Source: a virus
Taxonomy: Duplodnaviria; Caudoviricetes
IMG/VR virus record: IMGVR_UViG_3300042349_000588
Coordinates: 1 to 34,736 of that record
Length of the DNA stretch: 34,736 nt
Reading direction: 5' to 3' (one strand)
Shown: positions 16,778 through 26,563 of the stretch, piece by piece
Layout of the letters: each line of letters opens with the position of its first letter
Position numbering within the stretch: the first letter of the stretch is position 1
Translations under genes and position numbers: made by a program
The notes under the pieces: model-generated
What the model saw: only the letters and a program-made list of their open reading frames with translations
Database searches by the model: none
What the model was told of the DNA's origin: nothing

Positions 16778-17230
16778 ATGAAAGCATTAACGATAAGCCA
16801 ACCGTTCGCCTCGCTGATTGCCAGCGGTGAGAAGTGGATCGAGAACCGAAGCTGGTACACTTCCTACCGTGGTCCGCTGGCGATCCATGCTGGCAAGGGC
16901 CTGCATTACCTGGATCGAGAAGAGATCAAGGGCTACCCAAATGGACTCATAATTGCAACAGCGCGTTTATCCGCTTGTGTCGTCCGAGAGGAATTGCAAA
17001 GGATGGCATTCCATTCAATCACCAATGGCAGCGAGTTGATTCCAGGTGCGAAGGTAACATGGAAGCAGGCTTTCGATCATGCTCATACCGAAGGGCCTTG
17101 GTGCTGGATCCTAGAAGACGTTCAAGCGATCGATCCGATACAGGTCAAAGGGGCTCAGGGCCTATGGGTGGTCCCATCGGAAACCCTTGAGCCAATCGTC
17201 GCGAGTCAAAAAGCACAATTCAGCCTCTAA
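16778..17230 (+). CDS. ASCH domain protein
   Basis: MKALTISQPFASLIASGEKWIENRSW.T.YRGPLAIHAG...KGAQGLW. Confidence 0.92.
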   Translation: MKALTISQPFASLIASGEKWIENRSWYTSYRGPLAIHAGKGLHYLDREEIKGYPNGLIIATARLSACVVREELQRMAFHSITNGSELIPGAKVTWKQAFDHAHTEGPWCWILEDVQAIDPIQVKGAQGLWVVPSETLEPIVASQKAQFSL

Positions 17231-17317
17231 AAAAGTAGCGTTGCGTTTTTCTGCTTTGTTGCGTTGGTTTCGATCTTGGGTTACTCTGTTGGTTCCTTCG
17301 AACCCCAATGAGTGACC

Positions 17318-18577
17318 ATGGCAAAAAAGAAAACAGACGCGCAAGCACCGCCGAAAAACGAACCGACTCAGTGGAGGTCGAAGATCGTCGGGCATGGCAA
17401 GGTGGCCGCATCGCAACTACTGGCCAACCCGTTCAACCATAGGCGGCACCCTCAAAAGCAGCGGGACGTTGTTTCTGCATCGATCCAAGAGCTGGGGTTC
17501 ATCAAGTCGGTCATTGTGAACCAATTGACCGGACATATCGTTGACGGCCATGAGCGCGTGATGCAGGCTCTTGGTGTGGGCGATGATACCCTAGTCGATG
17601 TTGAGTACGTCGAGTTGAGTCCCGAGGACGAAAAGAAAGCCCTGTTGGTCCTGGATGTTTCCAGTGAGTTGGCCGAGGTTGATGCTTCAGCGCTAGATCA
17701 GTTGGTCGCTGAATGTTCGTTTGATACAAGCGTTTTGGACGATTTGGCAAAGGAAATGCTGGCCTCAGTTTCAATTCCAGACAATGGCGGTGTCGACGAG
17801 GATGAGGTGCCAGAGCCTCCGGTCGATCCGATCACGAAACTAGGCGACTTGTGGATTCTTGGCGAGCATCGCGTTTTGTGCGGCGATAGCACGAAGCCAG
17901 AGGATGTTGCAAGGTTGATGGATGGAGTCAAGGCGGACATGATGTTCACCGATCCGCCGTATGGGGTAAACTATGAAGGCGGGCATTTCCACAGCGGCGA
18001 CGTAAAAATCAAACGCAAGCGTGAAAAGCTCGCGGATGACGACACGACCGCAATTTACCCCGCATTCCTGCCGGTCGCCTTGGCTGTCGTCGATGGACCG
18101 TGTTATATGTGGTTCGCTGACTCAAAGGCGAGAGACGTCTACAACGCTGTCCACGACAACGCTTGCGAGGTTCATGCTCTTATCATTTGGCATAAGACGA
18201 ACGCCACCTATGCGGCGATGAACGCACAATATAAGCAAAGGCACGAACCCTGTTTGTATTTCAAGCCGAAAGGTTCAACGCTGCGATGGTGCGGAGAAAC
18301 AACCGAGGCGACGGTATGGAGCCAGGACCGCGACGGAATTAATGAGTTTCACCCGACGCAGAAACCGGTTGCGTTGGCAGCGAAGGCGATAGCAAACCAC
18401 AAGGCTTCAAACGTGCTAGACATGTTTTGCGGATCAGGATCAACCCTAATCGCAGCCGAGCAACTAGGGCGCAAGTGCTACGGAATGGAAATCAGCCCGC
18501 AGTACTGCGATGTTATCGTTAAGCGATGGGAAAACATGACGGGCAAAAAAGCGGTCAAGGAATCGATCCAAGAATAA
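17318..18577 (+). CDS. ParB-like N-domain fused to N6A/N4C DNA methyltransferase (beta class)
   Basis: IVDGHER; GDLWILGEHRVLCGDS, FTDPPY, HPTQKPV, LDMFCGSGST. Confidence 0.92.
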   Translation: MAKKKTDAQAPPKNEPTQWRSKIVGHGKVAASQLLANPFNHRRHPQKQRDVVSASIQELGFIKSVIVNQLTGHIVDGHERVMQALGVGDDTLVDVEYVELSPEDEKKALLVLDVSSELAEVDASALDQLVAECSFDTSVLDDLAKEMLASVSIPDNGGVDEDEVPEPPVDPITKLGDLWILGEHRVLCGDSTKPEDVARLMDGVKADMMFTDPPYGVNYEGGHFHSGDVKIKRKREKLADDDTTAIYPAFLPVALAVVDGPCYMWFADSKARDVYNAVHDNACEVHALIIWHKTNATYAAMNAQYKQRHEPCLYFKPKGSTLRWCGETTEATVWSQDRDGINEFHPTQKPVALAAKAIANHKASNVLDMFCGSGSTLIAAEQLGRKCYGMEISPQYCDVIVKRWENMTGKKAVKESIQE

Positions 18578-18600
18578 CGCTTCACTTTAGAGGCTACAAA

Positions 18601-19110
18601 ATGACCAAACGCGCCGGAAAGAAAAAGTCACCGGGGCGCGGAAAGAAAACGACAGGCATCAAGCCGGTGTCACAATCCGCACCGATAGCGACAGGCAAAC
18701 CCCAACCAGATTCGTTCTTTTGGCCGGAATTGACCAAGGCGAATCAAGAGCTAGCGACCAAAGCTGGGAGAGGGGACCAACTAAAACGGCTCAACGATCT
18801 GAGGCTAGAACTGCGGTCGGTAAACGAGCGATGGCCGATACCACCTGAACTCCGAGAGCGGATGGTATTCGAATCGGCTCGAATCATGATGGACCCACAG
18901 GCAGGGGTCAAAGAAAAACTGTGGGCCAATAGGCTGCTGCTGGCAATGGACCAAGCGAACAACAAGCCAAGAGACCTGCCGGTACAGATCACAGGCAATA
19001 CGACGATCACGGTCAACCAAGTCTTGGCGATGCTCGACGGTAGTTCCTCAGACGACCTAGATTTTCGGGACAGAAAGATTCTGCCGGGGTCTGTAGATGA
19101 CTACGCTTGA
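18601..19110 (+). CDS. probable terminase small subunit
   Basis: basic N-terminus; directly upstream of and overlapping TerL; function inferred from position. Confidence 0.5.
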   Translation: MTKRAGKKKSPGRGKKTTGIKPVSQSAPIATGKPQPDSFFWPELTKANQELATKAGRGDQLKRLNDLRLELRSVNERWPIPPELRERMVFESARIMMDPQAGVKEKLWANRLLLAMDQANNKPRDLPVQITGNTTITVNQVLAMLDGSSSDDLDFRDRKILPGSVDDYA

Positions 19111-21541
19111 GCAAGCCCGGGAAGCATTCGAGAACGCAAGGGCGATGCGTTCCCCGCTGCTGATGGCCGAACGATTCTCGAAGGGCGAATGGAAACGGGC
19201 TCGGCATCTAGCTGTGATCGACTTCGAGTTTCGCAATTTATTGAACGATCCGAATTTAGATATTCTGATTGTGAAGTGTCCGGTACGGCACGGCAAACTT
19301 TTGGCTGACGAAACTCCCGTTTGGACGCCAGACGGATGGAAGACTCACGGAGATTTGCAAGTCGGTTCAAGGGTCTATGCGATTGATGGGAGCATCGCAA
19401 ATGTTATAGGAACATCGGAAAAGCAATGGGCCGACTGCGAGGTTGAATTTTCAGATGGCGAGGTAATCAAGTGCCATGAAAACCACGAATGGGTTTTGTT
19501 CGACCGAAAGAAGCGTGGGTATCGAACAATCGAGACTAAGCAGCTATTCGAGGGTGTGTTCCACAGTCATGAAAAGGGAGTCCCAAGGCGTAGATATACG
19601 ATCGACTACAACGAGCCATGCGAAGGACACGATGAGAATCTACCGCTTGATCCATACTGGCTCGGAGTTTGGCTAGGAGACGGCAAGTCATCGGGTTGGG
19701 CCTTTTGTGGGGGTATCGAAGACTCAGCGATTATCCTTGCGGAGCTGGCTCGTCGAGGTATGAAGCATAGCTGGAGCACGATCCATGAAACGACCGGGGT
19801 TGCGTACTACGGTTTTTCTGGGATTCCGGGCATCGCCAAGCTAGGCTTGAGGGACAACAAGCACATTCCAGAATCCTACCTGACGGCAAACAAGCAAGTC
19901 CGCTTGGAAGTCTTGAGGGGGTTGGTCGATACCGATGGGCATGTTGAGGACGGCGGACGGGTAAGAATTGTCAACGTCAACAAACGACTGATCGACGATA
20001 TCGAAACGCTGGTCAGATCCTTCGGCTGGCGATCGAGCTTCACATTTCAAGAGCCAAGCGTGTCTAGTTCTGGTATCGAGGGCCGACAGCGTGTTTACAC
20101 GGTACAGTTTGTTCCCAGAGGTGAAGTCGTTGCATTACTTCCAAGGAAGCAAAAGCTACGCGCAGGAAATCTTTTTCGAAACGGAAAGCCGGTATCGATT
20201 AACAGCGTCAGGCGCGTGGCTCCGAGTCTAGGACATTGCATCGAGATCGATCATCCTTCGCACCTATATCTATGCGGAAAAACAAACAAGCCGACCCATA
20301 ACAGCGAGTACCTAGCTCACTGGGCTCCGGCTTGGTTCCTGCTTCGGAATCCTTACAAAAAAATCATTCTGTCGACCAATACGGCAACGCTTGCGAACAA
20401 TCATTCTCGATGGGTGCGCGATAAGGTGCATGAGCTTGCACCGATGATGGGGCTCGCTGGCGTGGACCCGATGAACTCGGCGGTAAAGAACTGGCGGCTT
20501 GAAAAGACCCACGGAAGCTGTCTTGCTGCTGGCGTCGAGGGATCGATTCCAGGGTTCGGAGCCAACCTTTTGATCATCGACGACTACATGAAAAACGCGA
20601 AGGCGGCGTACTCTCAAAGGGTCCGGGATTCCCAGTGGGATTGGTTTCAATCAACGAGTTCGACCCGTCTTGAGCCTGGGGGAAAGTGCGTCCTCTTGTG
20701 TACACAGTGGCACCCGGACGACCTCATAGGTCGGATCGAAAAACAAAAAGAAGAGCTCGACTTGCGAGTGCGGTCGATCACGCTGCAAGCACTGCGCGAG
20801 GGGACCGAAAAGAAAGATCCACTCGGGAGGGCCGAAGGTGAGGCACTGTGGCCGGAACGCTGGCCGGCAGAGGTAATGCTGCGACGGAAGCGACAATCAG
20901 GCCACTGGTGGGACTCGATCTACCAGGGCAACCCGAAGGGCAGTTCAATGTCGAACTGGCCGGACTCCTACTTTCAAAATATCTGGGCTCAGGACGATGA
21001 GTTCCCAGACCCTCGGAGCTGCTACTTGTCGGCATCGTTCTTGGATCCATCGAAGGGCAAGAACACTCGGAAAGGTGACTATCAGGCGATAACCTGGATC
21101 GGATACCAAAACGGCTTGTTCTATGTGGACTCGGATATCGAGCGTAGGCCAGTCCCTCAGATGCTCAGGACGTTCGTTGAGTGGAATCGGGAGCGTAGAA
21201 CCGCATTCGTGGGAATCGAAGCGAACGCATGGCAAGACCTCCTTGCTGACCCCTACAACGAGCTGTGCCAGGAAATGGAGTACAACACGGACCCGCCGAA
21301 CCTCGTCAATCAGACGGTGAATAAGAACGTCAGAATCGAGAGGCTTGGGAAGTGGTTCAACGATCGCCGGTTCCGGTTCCGCAAGACGGCATCGAACGAG
21401 CTGTTGATCGCTCAGGCCAAAGCGTTCCCATACGGAGATCACGATGACGGGATAGACTCCCTGGAGGCTTGCTTGGCGATGCTTTGCCGGTCGGTAGATG
21501 CCCTGCACGGTATGCACGAAGTGACCGAGACGGAAATCTAG
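19097..21541 (+). CDS. terL: terminase large subunit containing an intein
   Basis: PVRHGK/S Walker A split by the intein; LLIIDD, TQWHPDDL, YQGNP, LDPS, HDDGIDS. Confidence 0.95.
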   Translation: MTTLEQAREAFENARAMRSPLLMAERFSKGEWKRARHLAVIDFEFRNLLNDPNLDILIVKCPVRHGKLLADETPVWTPDGWKTHGDLQVGSRVYAIDGSIANVIGTSEKQWADCEVEFSDGEVIKCHENHEWVLFDRKKRGYRTIETKQLFEGVFHSHEKGVPRRRYTIDYNEPCEGHDENLPLDPYWLGVWLGDGKSSGWAFCGGIEDSAIILAELARRGMKHSWSTIHETTGVAYYGFSGIPGIAKLGLRDNKHIPESYLTANKQVRLEVLRGLVDTDGHVEDGGRVRIVNVNKRLIDDIETLVRSFGWRSSFTFQEPSVSSSGIEGRQRVYTVQFVPRGEVVALLPRKQKLRAGNLFRNGKPVSINSVRRVAPSLGHCIEIDHPSHLYLCGKTNKPTHNSEYLAHWAPAWFLLRNPYKKIILSTNTATLANNHSRWVRDKVHELAPMMGLAGVDPMNSAVKNWRLEKTHGSCLAAGVEGSIPGFGANLLIIDDYMKNAKAAYSQRVRDSQWDWFQSTSSTRLEPGGKCVLLCTQWHPDDLIGRIEKQKEELDLRVRSITLQALREGTEKKDPLGRAEGEALWPERWPAEVMLRRKRQSGHWWDSIYQGNPKGSSMSNWPDSYFQNIWAQDDEFPDPRSCYLSASFLDPSKGKNTRKGDYQAITWIGYQNGLFYVDSDIERRPVPQMLRTFVEWNRERRTAFVGIEANAWQDLLADPYNELCQEMEYNTDPPNLVNQTVNKNVRIERLGKWFNDRRFRFRKTASNELLIAQAKAFPYGDHDDGIDSLEACLAMLCRSVDALHGMHEVTETEI
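19298..20302 (+). mobile_element. class 3 intein (335 aa) with LAGLIDADG homing endonuclease
   Basis: block A LLADETPVWTPDGW; block B CHENHEW; WLGVWLGDG and LRGLVDTDG; block F HCIEID; block G PTHN|S. Confidence 0.92.
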
Positions 21542-21566
21542 TTTTTTTCTTGTGGTCGGTGGCGTT
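21541..21566 (+). promoter_or_regulatory. Repeated promoter-like motif, copy 8
   Basis: GTTT-N14-GTGGCGTT(AGA) at the TerL stop. Confidence 0.7.
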
Positions 21567-21613
21567 AGATGGTTGGTAGTTGTATCTAGGTCACAAGAAA
21601 AGCGAGGCGAACG

Positions 21614-22003
21614 ATGGCGTGCATACGTGGGTTGGAGCACTTGGAAAAAGAAGGGTGGGAAGTGGTTGCGGTCGATTACGTCAGTCAAGATGAATGGTAT
21701 CTTGACGGCGATGCAAAGCCTCAAAAGTGGACGCCGCAAAGTAAAAGTTACGGCAAAACTTTGATCGTCCGCAAGATTGTGAAGCCTGATGAGTACAGGC
21801 CGTTTGCGAATGCTGAAGAGTATTTGCCTCACTGGGGGAAGCCGGTTCGCTTCAGGGACGGCACAGGCTATGACAGCGTAGCTAGCACTAGCGATCTGGG
21901 CGTATACGTTGCGAGCGACACCAAGACTGTCTGGTACTCGACGGGAGAGGCTTTTGCGAAGCTTACATTTGCCGACGGCACACCCTTTGGAGTCAAGGTT
22001 TAA
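21614..22003 (+). CDS. hypothetical phage protein
   Basis: GAGG RBS; YRPFANAEE...TFADGTPFG. Confidence 0.75.
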   Translation: MACIRGLEHLEKEGWEVVAVDYVSQDEWYLDGDAKPQKWTPQSKSYGKTLIVRKIVKPDEYRPFANAEEYLPHWGKPVRFRDGTGYDSVASTSDLGVYVASDTKTVWYSTGEAFAKLTFADGTPFGVKV

Positions 22004-22005
22004 TC

Positions 22006-22164
22006 ATGAGCAAGATCGACCTAAACGAACAAGAACTCGAAGCCGAGTATCGAGACTGCCAGTGCGAAGCCGTCTGGTTTGAGCGTCTGCTGGTTGTCGG
22101 GGCAGTTGCAATCGGCTTGGCCGTGCTCTATTTCTGTGGGGCTCTGGAATGGATCGAAGGATAG
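22006..22164 (+). CDS. small membrane protein (52 aa; not in the ORF track)
   Basis: MSKIDLNEQE...LLVVGAVAIGLAVLYFCGAL. Confidence 0.6.
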   Translation: MSKIDLNEQELEAEYRDCQCEAVWFERLLVVGAVAIGLAVLYFCGALEWIEG

Positions 22165-22400
22165 TCCGAGAGAAGCTTGCAGAGTTGGAACAGGTCGCAG
22201 GCTGCGAGATTACAAACGCTGGCCTGGATGAGCTAGAAAAGTGGTTCGATCGAGGCTACCACACGGCGTTGCCTGGATCGAGGGCTGACAACCTCGGCAA
22301 AGAAACCAGCCAGGAACGAGCGTTCTATCTCGGCAACTTGACGCGCCGGATCGAGCTTCGAAAGACCCTCTGTGTCGGTCGATCACTGATAAAAAAGTGA
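22149..22400 (+). CDS. hypothetical protein
   Basis: packed ORF. Confidence 0.55.
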   Translation: MDRRIVREKLAELEQVAGCEITNAGLDELEKWFDRGYHTALPGSRADNLGKETSQERAFYLGNLTRRIELRKTLCVGRSLIKK

Positions 22401-22434
22401 CGTTGTTTTTCTTTGTGCGATTCTGATCGATTTG

Positions 22435-22460
22435 GTTTTTTGTAGTGTTTTCGTGGCGTT
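22435..22460 (+). promoter_or_regulatory. Repeated promoter-like motif, copy 9
   Basis: GTTT-N14-GTGGCGTT(AGA). Confidence 0.7.
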
Positions 22461-22473
22461 AGATACGTGAAGC

Positions 22474-22489
22474 TTGGAAACGTTTCCAA
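22474..22489. promoter_or_regulatory. 16-bp palindrome, copy 5
   Basis: perfect; 13 nt downstream of promoter copy 9. Confidence 0.75.
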
Positions 22490-22525
22490 GATCTTGATAT
22501 CAAGGCAAGCTGGAGGGTAGGCAAA

Positions 22526-22792
22526 ATGACGAGCTTTAATGAAAAAACATTTTGGGCTTGGTGGTGTTCTGTGTGGCTTGTGATCCTCTTAACCATCTTC
22601 GCTTGTGGAGTGTTCGACAAAGTCACTACACCTACCATCGAAAATGAACCGCAACTGTACACAGTGTATTGCGATGGAGTTGAGCACAAAGATTTGGAAA
22701 TCGTGAGCGGCGGAATGTCGTGGGCGAGATACAAAACCCTATCTGGCAAACGTATTGAATTTCATGGTACCTTTTACGATTTGGAGCAATGA
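22526..22792 (+). CDS. small membrane-anchored protein
   Basis: GGAGG RBS; N-terminal hydrophobic helix. Confidence 0.7.
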   Translation: MTSFNEKTFWAWWCSVWLVILLTIFACGVFDKVTTPTIENEPQLYTVYCDGVEHKDLEIVSGGMSWARYKTLSGKRIEFHGTFYDLEQ

Positions 22793-22795
22793 GCA

Positions 22796-23716
22796 ATGAG
22801 CGTTACAGAAACGGAACGACCCGAAGTGTTTTGGGTAGATGCGACTTCAAAGCATGTAGTCGACGCGATGAACGGAAAAGACGTTGAGGCGCGGTTTCGG
22901 AATCGGGCCGATTTTCCTTGGACAAGTGTTCGCAAGTTCAAAGGATGGAGCAAGTTTAATGCTGACGACTGGTTTCATGACGGGAGCAGGGCTTGGAACT
23001 TCTGCCAAGTCTACGAGCCTGAGTCCTGGTGGCTCAAAAGGCCCGATCCAGGGCCCGGGTGGAGGTTGTTAGGGAAGTTTCCCGATGAGGAGCCAAAGCC
23101 CGGCGATGAGTGCTTTGGAGTGTCCGGCGAATGGGGGCCAAGCTGCCAAACCAAACCCGGAGGGCACCAAGTGTTTGGAGTTTGGTATCGCCGACGCATC
23201 GAGCGACTGCTGAGCGGTCATCGATGGCTAGTTAGCGGAGATAGGCTTGAGTCCGGGGATCTGTACTACGAAAAAGGGTCTTTGCTCGAAGTTGGTCACG
23301 AGTACTGGGGCAATAATGTTATGCTTGCCGAGGCGTTTATGCGCAAGATCGAGCAACCGAAGCCTGAGCCGAAGTACAAGGTTGACGACCGTGTGAGGAT
23401 CATAGGGCCGGTCCCTGGTTGCACCCTAGTTGGGAGGATCGTTAGAGTCAAAAGCAAACGGCTTTCGGTTCTAGATGATGGGTCTAGTGCTTGGTTTTAC
23501 ACAGTCGAAAACATCTACGAATATGTAGTTCGGGAGGACTACCTTGCTCCTGCACCACCTGCGCCGCCAAGCCATCCGATGTGTCGATGCGAGATTGCTC
23601 CCGAGACGATCAAGCCAGTCGAGGGTGCTGCCCACTACCCGAAAATTGGCGACACTATTTTTTTACCTGAAATGGGTCGCTTGAAGGTGCTGGCCAGGGG
23701 CTTCGAGGCTTGCTGA
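22796..23716 (+). CDS. modular hypothetical protein (paralogue of 25468)
   Basis: two GxRxL...GD...R.IE modules plus a KOW/SH3-like segment (KYKVDDRVRI). Confidence 0.75.
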   Translation: MSVTETERPEVFWVDATSKHVVDAMNGKDVEARFRNRADFPWTSVRKFKGWSKFNADDWFHDGSRAWNFCQVYEPESWWLKRPDPGPGWRLLGKFPDEEPKPGDECFGVSGEWGPSCQTKPGGHQVFGVWYRRRIERLLSGHRWLVSGDRLESGDLYYEKGSLLEVGHEYWGNNVMLAEAFMRKIEQPKPEPKYKVDDRVRIIGPVPGCTLVGRIVRVKSKRLSVLDDGSSAWFYTVENIYEYVVREDYLAPAPPAPPSHPMCRCEIAPETIKPVEGAAHYPKIGDTIFLPEMGRLKVLARGFEAC

Positions 23717-23718
23717 TT

Positions 23719-23734
23719 TTGGAAACGTTTCCAA
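23719..23734. promoter_or_regulatory. 16-bp palindrome, copy 6
   Basis: perfect; intergenic, about 50 nt upstream of promoter copy 10. Confidence 0.75.
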
Positions 23735-23781
23735 GAATGATGACCGTCGGCCAATGAAAACACTGGAAAACTGAAAAACGG

Positions 23782-23807
23782 TTTTCCAAAACTGGTTCGG
23801 TGGCGTT
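23782..23807 (+). promoter_or_regulatory. Repeated promoter-like motif, copy 10
   Basis: (G)TTTT-N14-GTGGCGTT, then GGAGG and ATG 23829. Confidence 0.65.
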
Positions 23808-23828
23808 GTACTGGTGGAGGATTTTTTC

Positions 23829-24080
23829 ATGGCAAATTTCGAGTGGAAACAAGTATCGCCTGGGGCTCATCAATGCGGTGAGTGGGCGTTTGCAGTGACC
23901 GGTGGCTGGTTCTTCATCGACGGGCCGAGCTGGTTCACGCCGAGCCGAGTTGGTGGGTTTCCGTCGTTCGCTGCTGTCGAGGAAGAAATCCAAAACCAAA
24001 TTGATGAGCGTCGCGCGGCGCTCGCTGAGTCAAGAGGTCAAGAGTACCAAGCATGGTGCAGAGGAAACGAGAGGGTATGA
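23829..24080 (+). CDS. hypothetical protein
   Basis: GGAGG RBS. Confidence 0.7.
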   Translation: MANFEWKQVSPGAHQCGEWAFAVTGGWFFIDGPSWFTPSRVGGFPSFAAVEEEIQNQIDERRAALAESRGQEYQAWCRGNERV

Positions 24081-25267
24081 GCACGGAACTACAAACAGTT
24101 GAGCCGGACGGCAAGTTGCTTCGGTCGGCGTTTTGCGAGAAGGCTCTTGCGGAGCTGTCCGCACAGGTCGAAGAACTGGACGCAACGACCCCTGAGGGGT
24201 ACGAAAAAACCAAGAACGCGATTCGATGGTGCGTTAAAGCTCGATCGGCGGTGTCAAAGCTCAAAGAGGACCTGAATCGCGAAGCACTTAGGCATCAGCG
24301 AGCGGTCAACGCAGACGAAAAATACTTGATCGATTTGATCAGGACGGTCGAGGATCCGCTGACCAAGAAGAAGAAGGCCGTCGACGACGAAGTGGAGCGC
24401 AAGCGTGCAGAACTCGAAGCCAAGCATCAGGCGTGGGTCAACGCTCGGATCGCCGAGAGCGTAGAAGCGATCGGAAAGCCGATCACAACCGAAGAGGCTG
24501 AGACCTGGACCGACGAACAATTCGCCGAGCACCTTGAAGCCGGACGGAAAGCGAAGGCAGAAGCAGACGCCAAAGCCAAGGCAGAGGCCGCTAGGCTTGC
24601 TCAGGAAGAGGCTGACCGGAAAGCCAAGATCAAGGCCGAGCAAGATCAGATCGCAGCGGACAGGGCAGAACTGGCACGCCAGAAGGCCGAACAGGATGCT
24701 GAGGCGAAACGAATCAAGGACGAGCAGGACCAGCGGGACAGGGATATCGAAGCGAAGCTGGCCAAGATCCAGGAGGCTGAGGAAAAGGCTGCGAGGATTC
24801 AACCTGCAACTGTGATCGGCGAGAATGACCTAGCCGGGAAGCTGCCGAGCGAGAGTGATCCTTTGCAACCAATAGCCGAAGCGATGGCAAACTTTTTTGA
24901 ATTCCCATTCCCTGGGTTCCCAGAGGCTGAGGCCGCCGAGGACTTGAAGGGCGAATCTCGGGATGCGTTGGTCGGTGCCTTCGATTTGGTCGATCCGGTC
25001 TGTGCGGTTAATCGCATGGCTGTACCGATCGAAAGCGCTCAGGAAATCATAGACGCTGCCGAGCACGAGGTAGCACGAAGCTTGATCGCTCCAAACCACG
25101 GCGAAATCATGCTCTTGCTGAGGTCGATGCAAGTCGGAGCAACACGCCTGGAAGCGTTTTTTGATGATTCCGAAGGGCTTCTCTATGAGCACCAAATGGC
25201 GGCTGCGGATATTCTGAATTCAGTTGAGAACCTACAGAGAGAAATGGACAAGCTCGCACCAAAATAA
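24077..25267 (+). CDS. long coiled-coil phage protein
   Basis: ATGA overlap; A/E/K/Q-rich heptad-like central region. Confidence 0.8.
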   Translation: MSTELQTVEPDGKLLRSAFCEKALAELSAQVEELDATTPEGYEKTKNAIRWCVKARSAVSKLKEDLNREALRHQRAVNADEKYLIDLIRTVEDPLTKKKKAVDDEVERKRAELEAKHQAWVNARIAESVEAIGKPITTEEAETWTDEQFAEHLEAGRKAKAEADAKAKAEAARLAQEEADRKAKIKAEQDQIAADRAELARQKAEQDAEAKRIKDEQDQRDRDIEAKLAKIQEAEEKAARIQPATVIGENDLAGKLPSESDPLQPIAEAMANFFEFPFPGFPEAEAAEDLKGESRDALVGAFDLVDPVCAVNRMAVPIESAQEIIDAAEHEVARSLIAPNHGEIMLLLRSMQVGATRLEAFFDDSEGLLYEHQMAAADILNSVENLQREMDKLAPK

Positions 25268-25404
25268 TGGACGATGAGAATTTCAATTTAGTCGACAATA
25301 TCGCCGATCGTTGCCTCTATGCTGCGGTCGGTTGTCTTGTCGGCTTGCATGCGCTGGGCTTGTATCTCGTTTGGGATATCGCAAGACAGCTTTTCTTTAA
25401 GTGA
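25267..25404 (+). CDS. small membrane protein (45 aa; not in the ORF track)
   Basis: TAATG overlap; CLYAAVGCLVGLHALGLYLVW. Confidence 0.55.
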   Translation: MDDENFNLVDNIADRCLYAAVGCLVGLHALGLYLVWDIARQLFFK

Positions 25405-25415
25405 TCCGTGGCGTT
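25390..25415 (+). promoter_or_regulatory. Repeated promoter-like motif, copy 11
   Basis: CTTT-N14-GTGGCGTT(AGA). Confidence 0.7.
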
Positions 25416-25467
25416 AGATGCACGGACGATTCGATAACCCACAAGACCCTGAAAGGGAAAACTGCAA

Positions 25468-26550
25468 ATGTCTGATGAAAAAAAGCAAGGTGAGGAAAAC
25501 TGGAGAAAATTCACAGAAGCTGATCTCATTGCTGCTCTCAATGGTAAGCCGGCACGCATTCGATACCGCGACAAAGAAAGCCAGGAATGGGAGACCGGGA
25601 CCGAAAAGCACATTCAAGAAATGTGTAAGCGATCTCAGTGCAAGGACGTTATAGAGGTCTTGCCTTGGTTGAAGTTTAGCTGTGAAGTGTACGTCGAGCC
25701 GGCACCGACGCGCAGTCCCAAGGACGGCTGCCGAATGCTTGAGGACAACGAAGATCCGATGCCTGGGGACTACATCAACTGGGGCGCGGGATGGAACGAA
25801 CTGACGGCAGCAATGTTTCCATTGGCTTTAATTCCTTCGTGGTTCTGCCGACCGATCGAAGCGACTGTCGGAAAATCCAACCGTCCTGTCCCAAAGGGCT
25901 TTAGGCTGCTCGGTGATGAACCCCGGCTGGCGTCTGATGGCTACTGGTCGCTGAGCTGCAAGGACTGGCTTGTGATCGGCGATCGAGTCGAGGAGGCGAA
26001 CCGTGACAAGTGGCCAGCGATCCGGCTTGTGGTCGATGAGCCCGAACCGGTCAAGCATTTCGTGCTTGCAAACGATCAAGACAACGAGCAAGCCTTGTAT
26101 GTCAACGGAAAGCTAGAGGACATTGATCATCCGATCTACGGATACAACATTGCCTAGGCGGCGAATGAATGTACAATCAGGATCGAAACTCGCGAAGTTG
26201 GAAAACCAGATGACGAATGGCCTACCAAACTTTCGGAATTGATAATTGTGGACAAAGAGCAACGAGAAGACCCGTCGGGAGAATGGGGGCCAACGTATGA
26301 AGACCAGATTAAAGTCGAGCACCCTGGCCCAAGCGCAGAAAGCGTGTGGAGTCCAGATCCAACGAAGGTTCGTCCGATGATGCAGATCATGCTAGATCCA
26401 ATCAAGGACCGTGTGATCATGAAGATCAGGCTACCGGTCCCTGCGAGCGTACTCGGCAAGCTGGGCGATATGCTTGAGAAGCACTACCCAGGATCGACAA
26501 TGCGGCAGGTTGGTGGCTATCTGGTGTTCGACGAACCGATCGAATCGTAA
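25468..26550 (+). pseudogene. modular hypothetical protein interrupted by one in-frame TAG (26155-26157)
   Basis: ORFs 25468..26157 and 26239..26550 are in the same frame with an open linker between them. Confidence 0.55.
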
Positions 26551-26563
26551 ACTGTCGGAAGCG

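Noticed and set aside
13747-17242. Partial promoter-motif matches at 13765 (ACGGCGTTAGA) and 17235 (GTAGCGTT)
   Set aside because: They lack TTT at the fixed 14-nt spacing
1561-21832. Long minus-strand ORFs (e.g. 1561..2397, 3084..3830, 20945..21832)
   Set aside because: Antisense shadows of well-supported plus-strand genes, with no motifs
8899-26157. Genome-wide stop-codon reassignment
   Set aside because: TAG and TGA end many clear genes (TAG at 3012 and 21541; many ATGA overlaps) and long genes are uninterrupted; only two isolated cases
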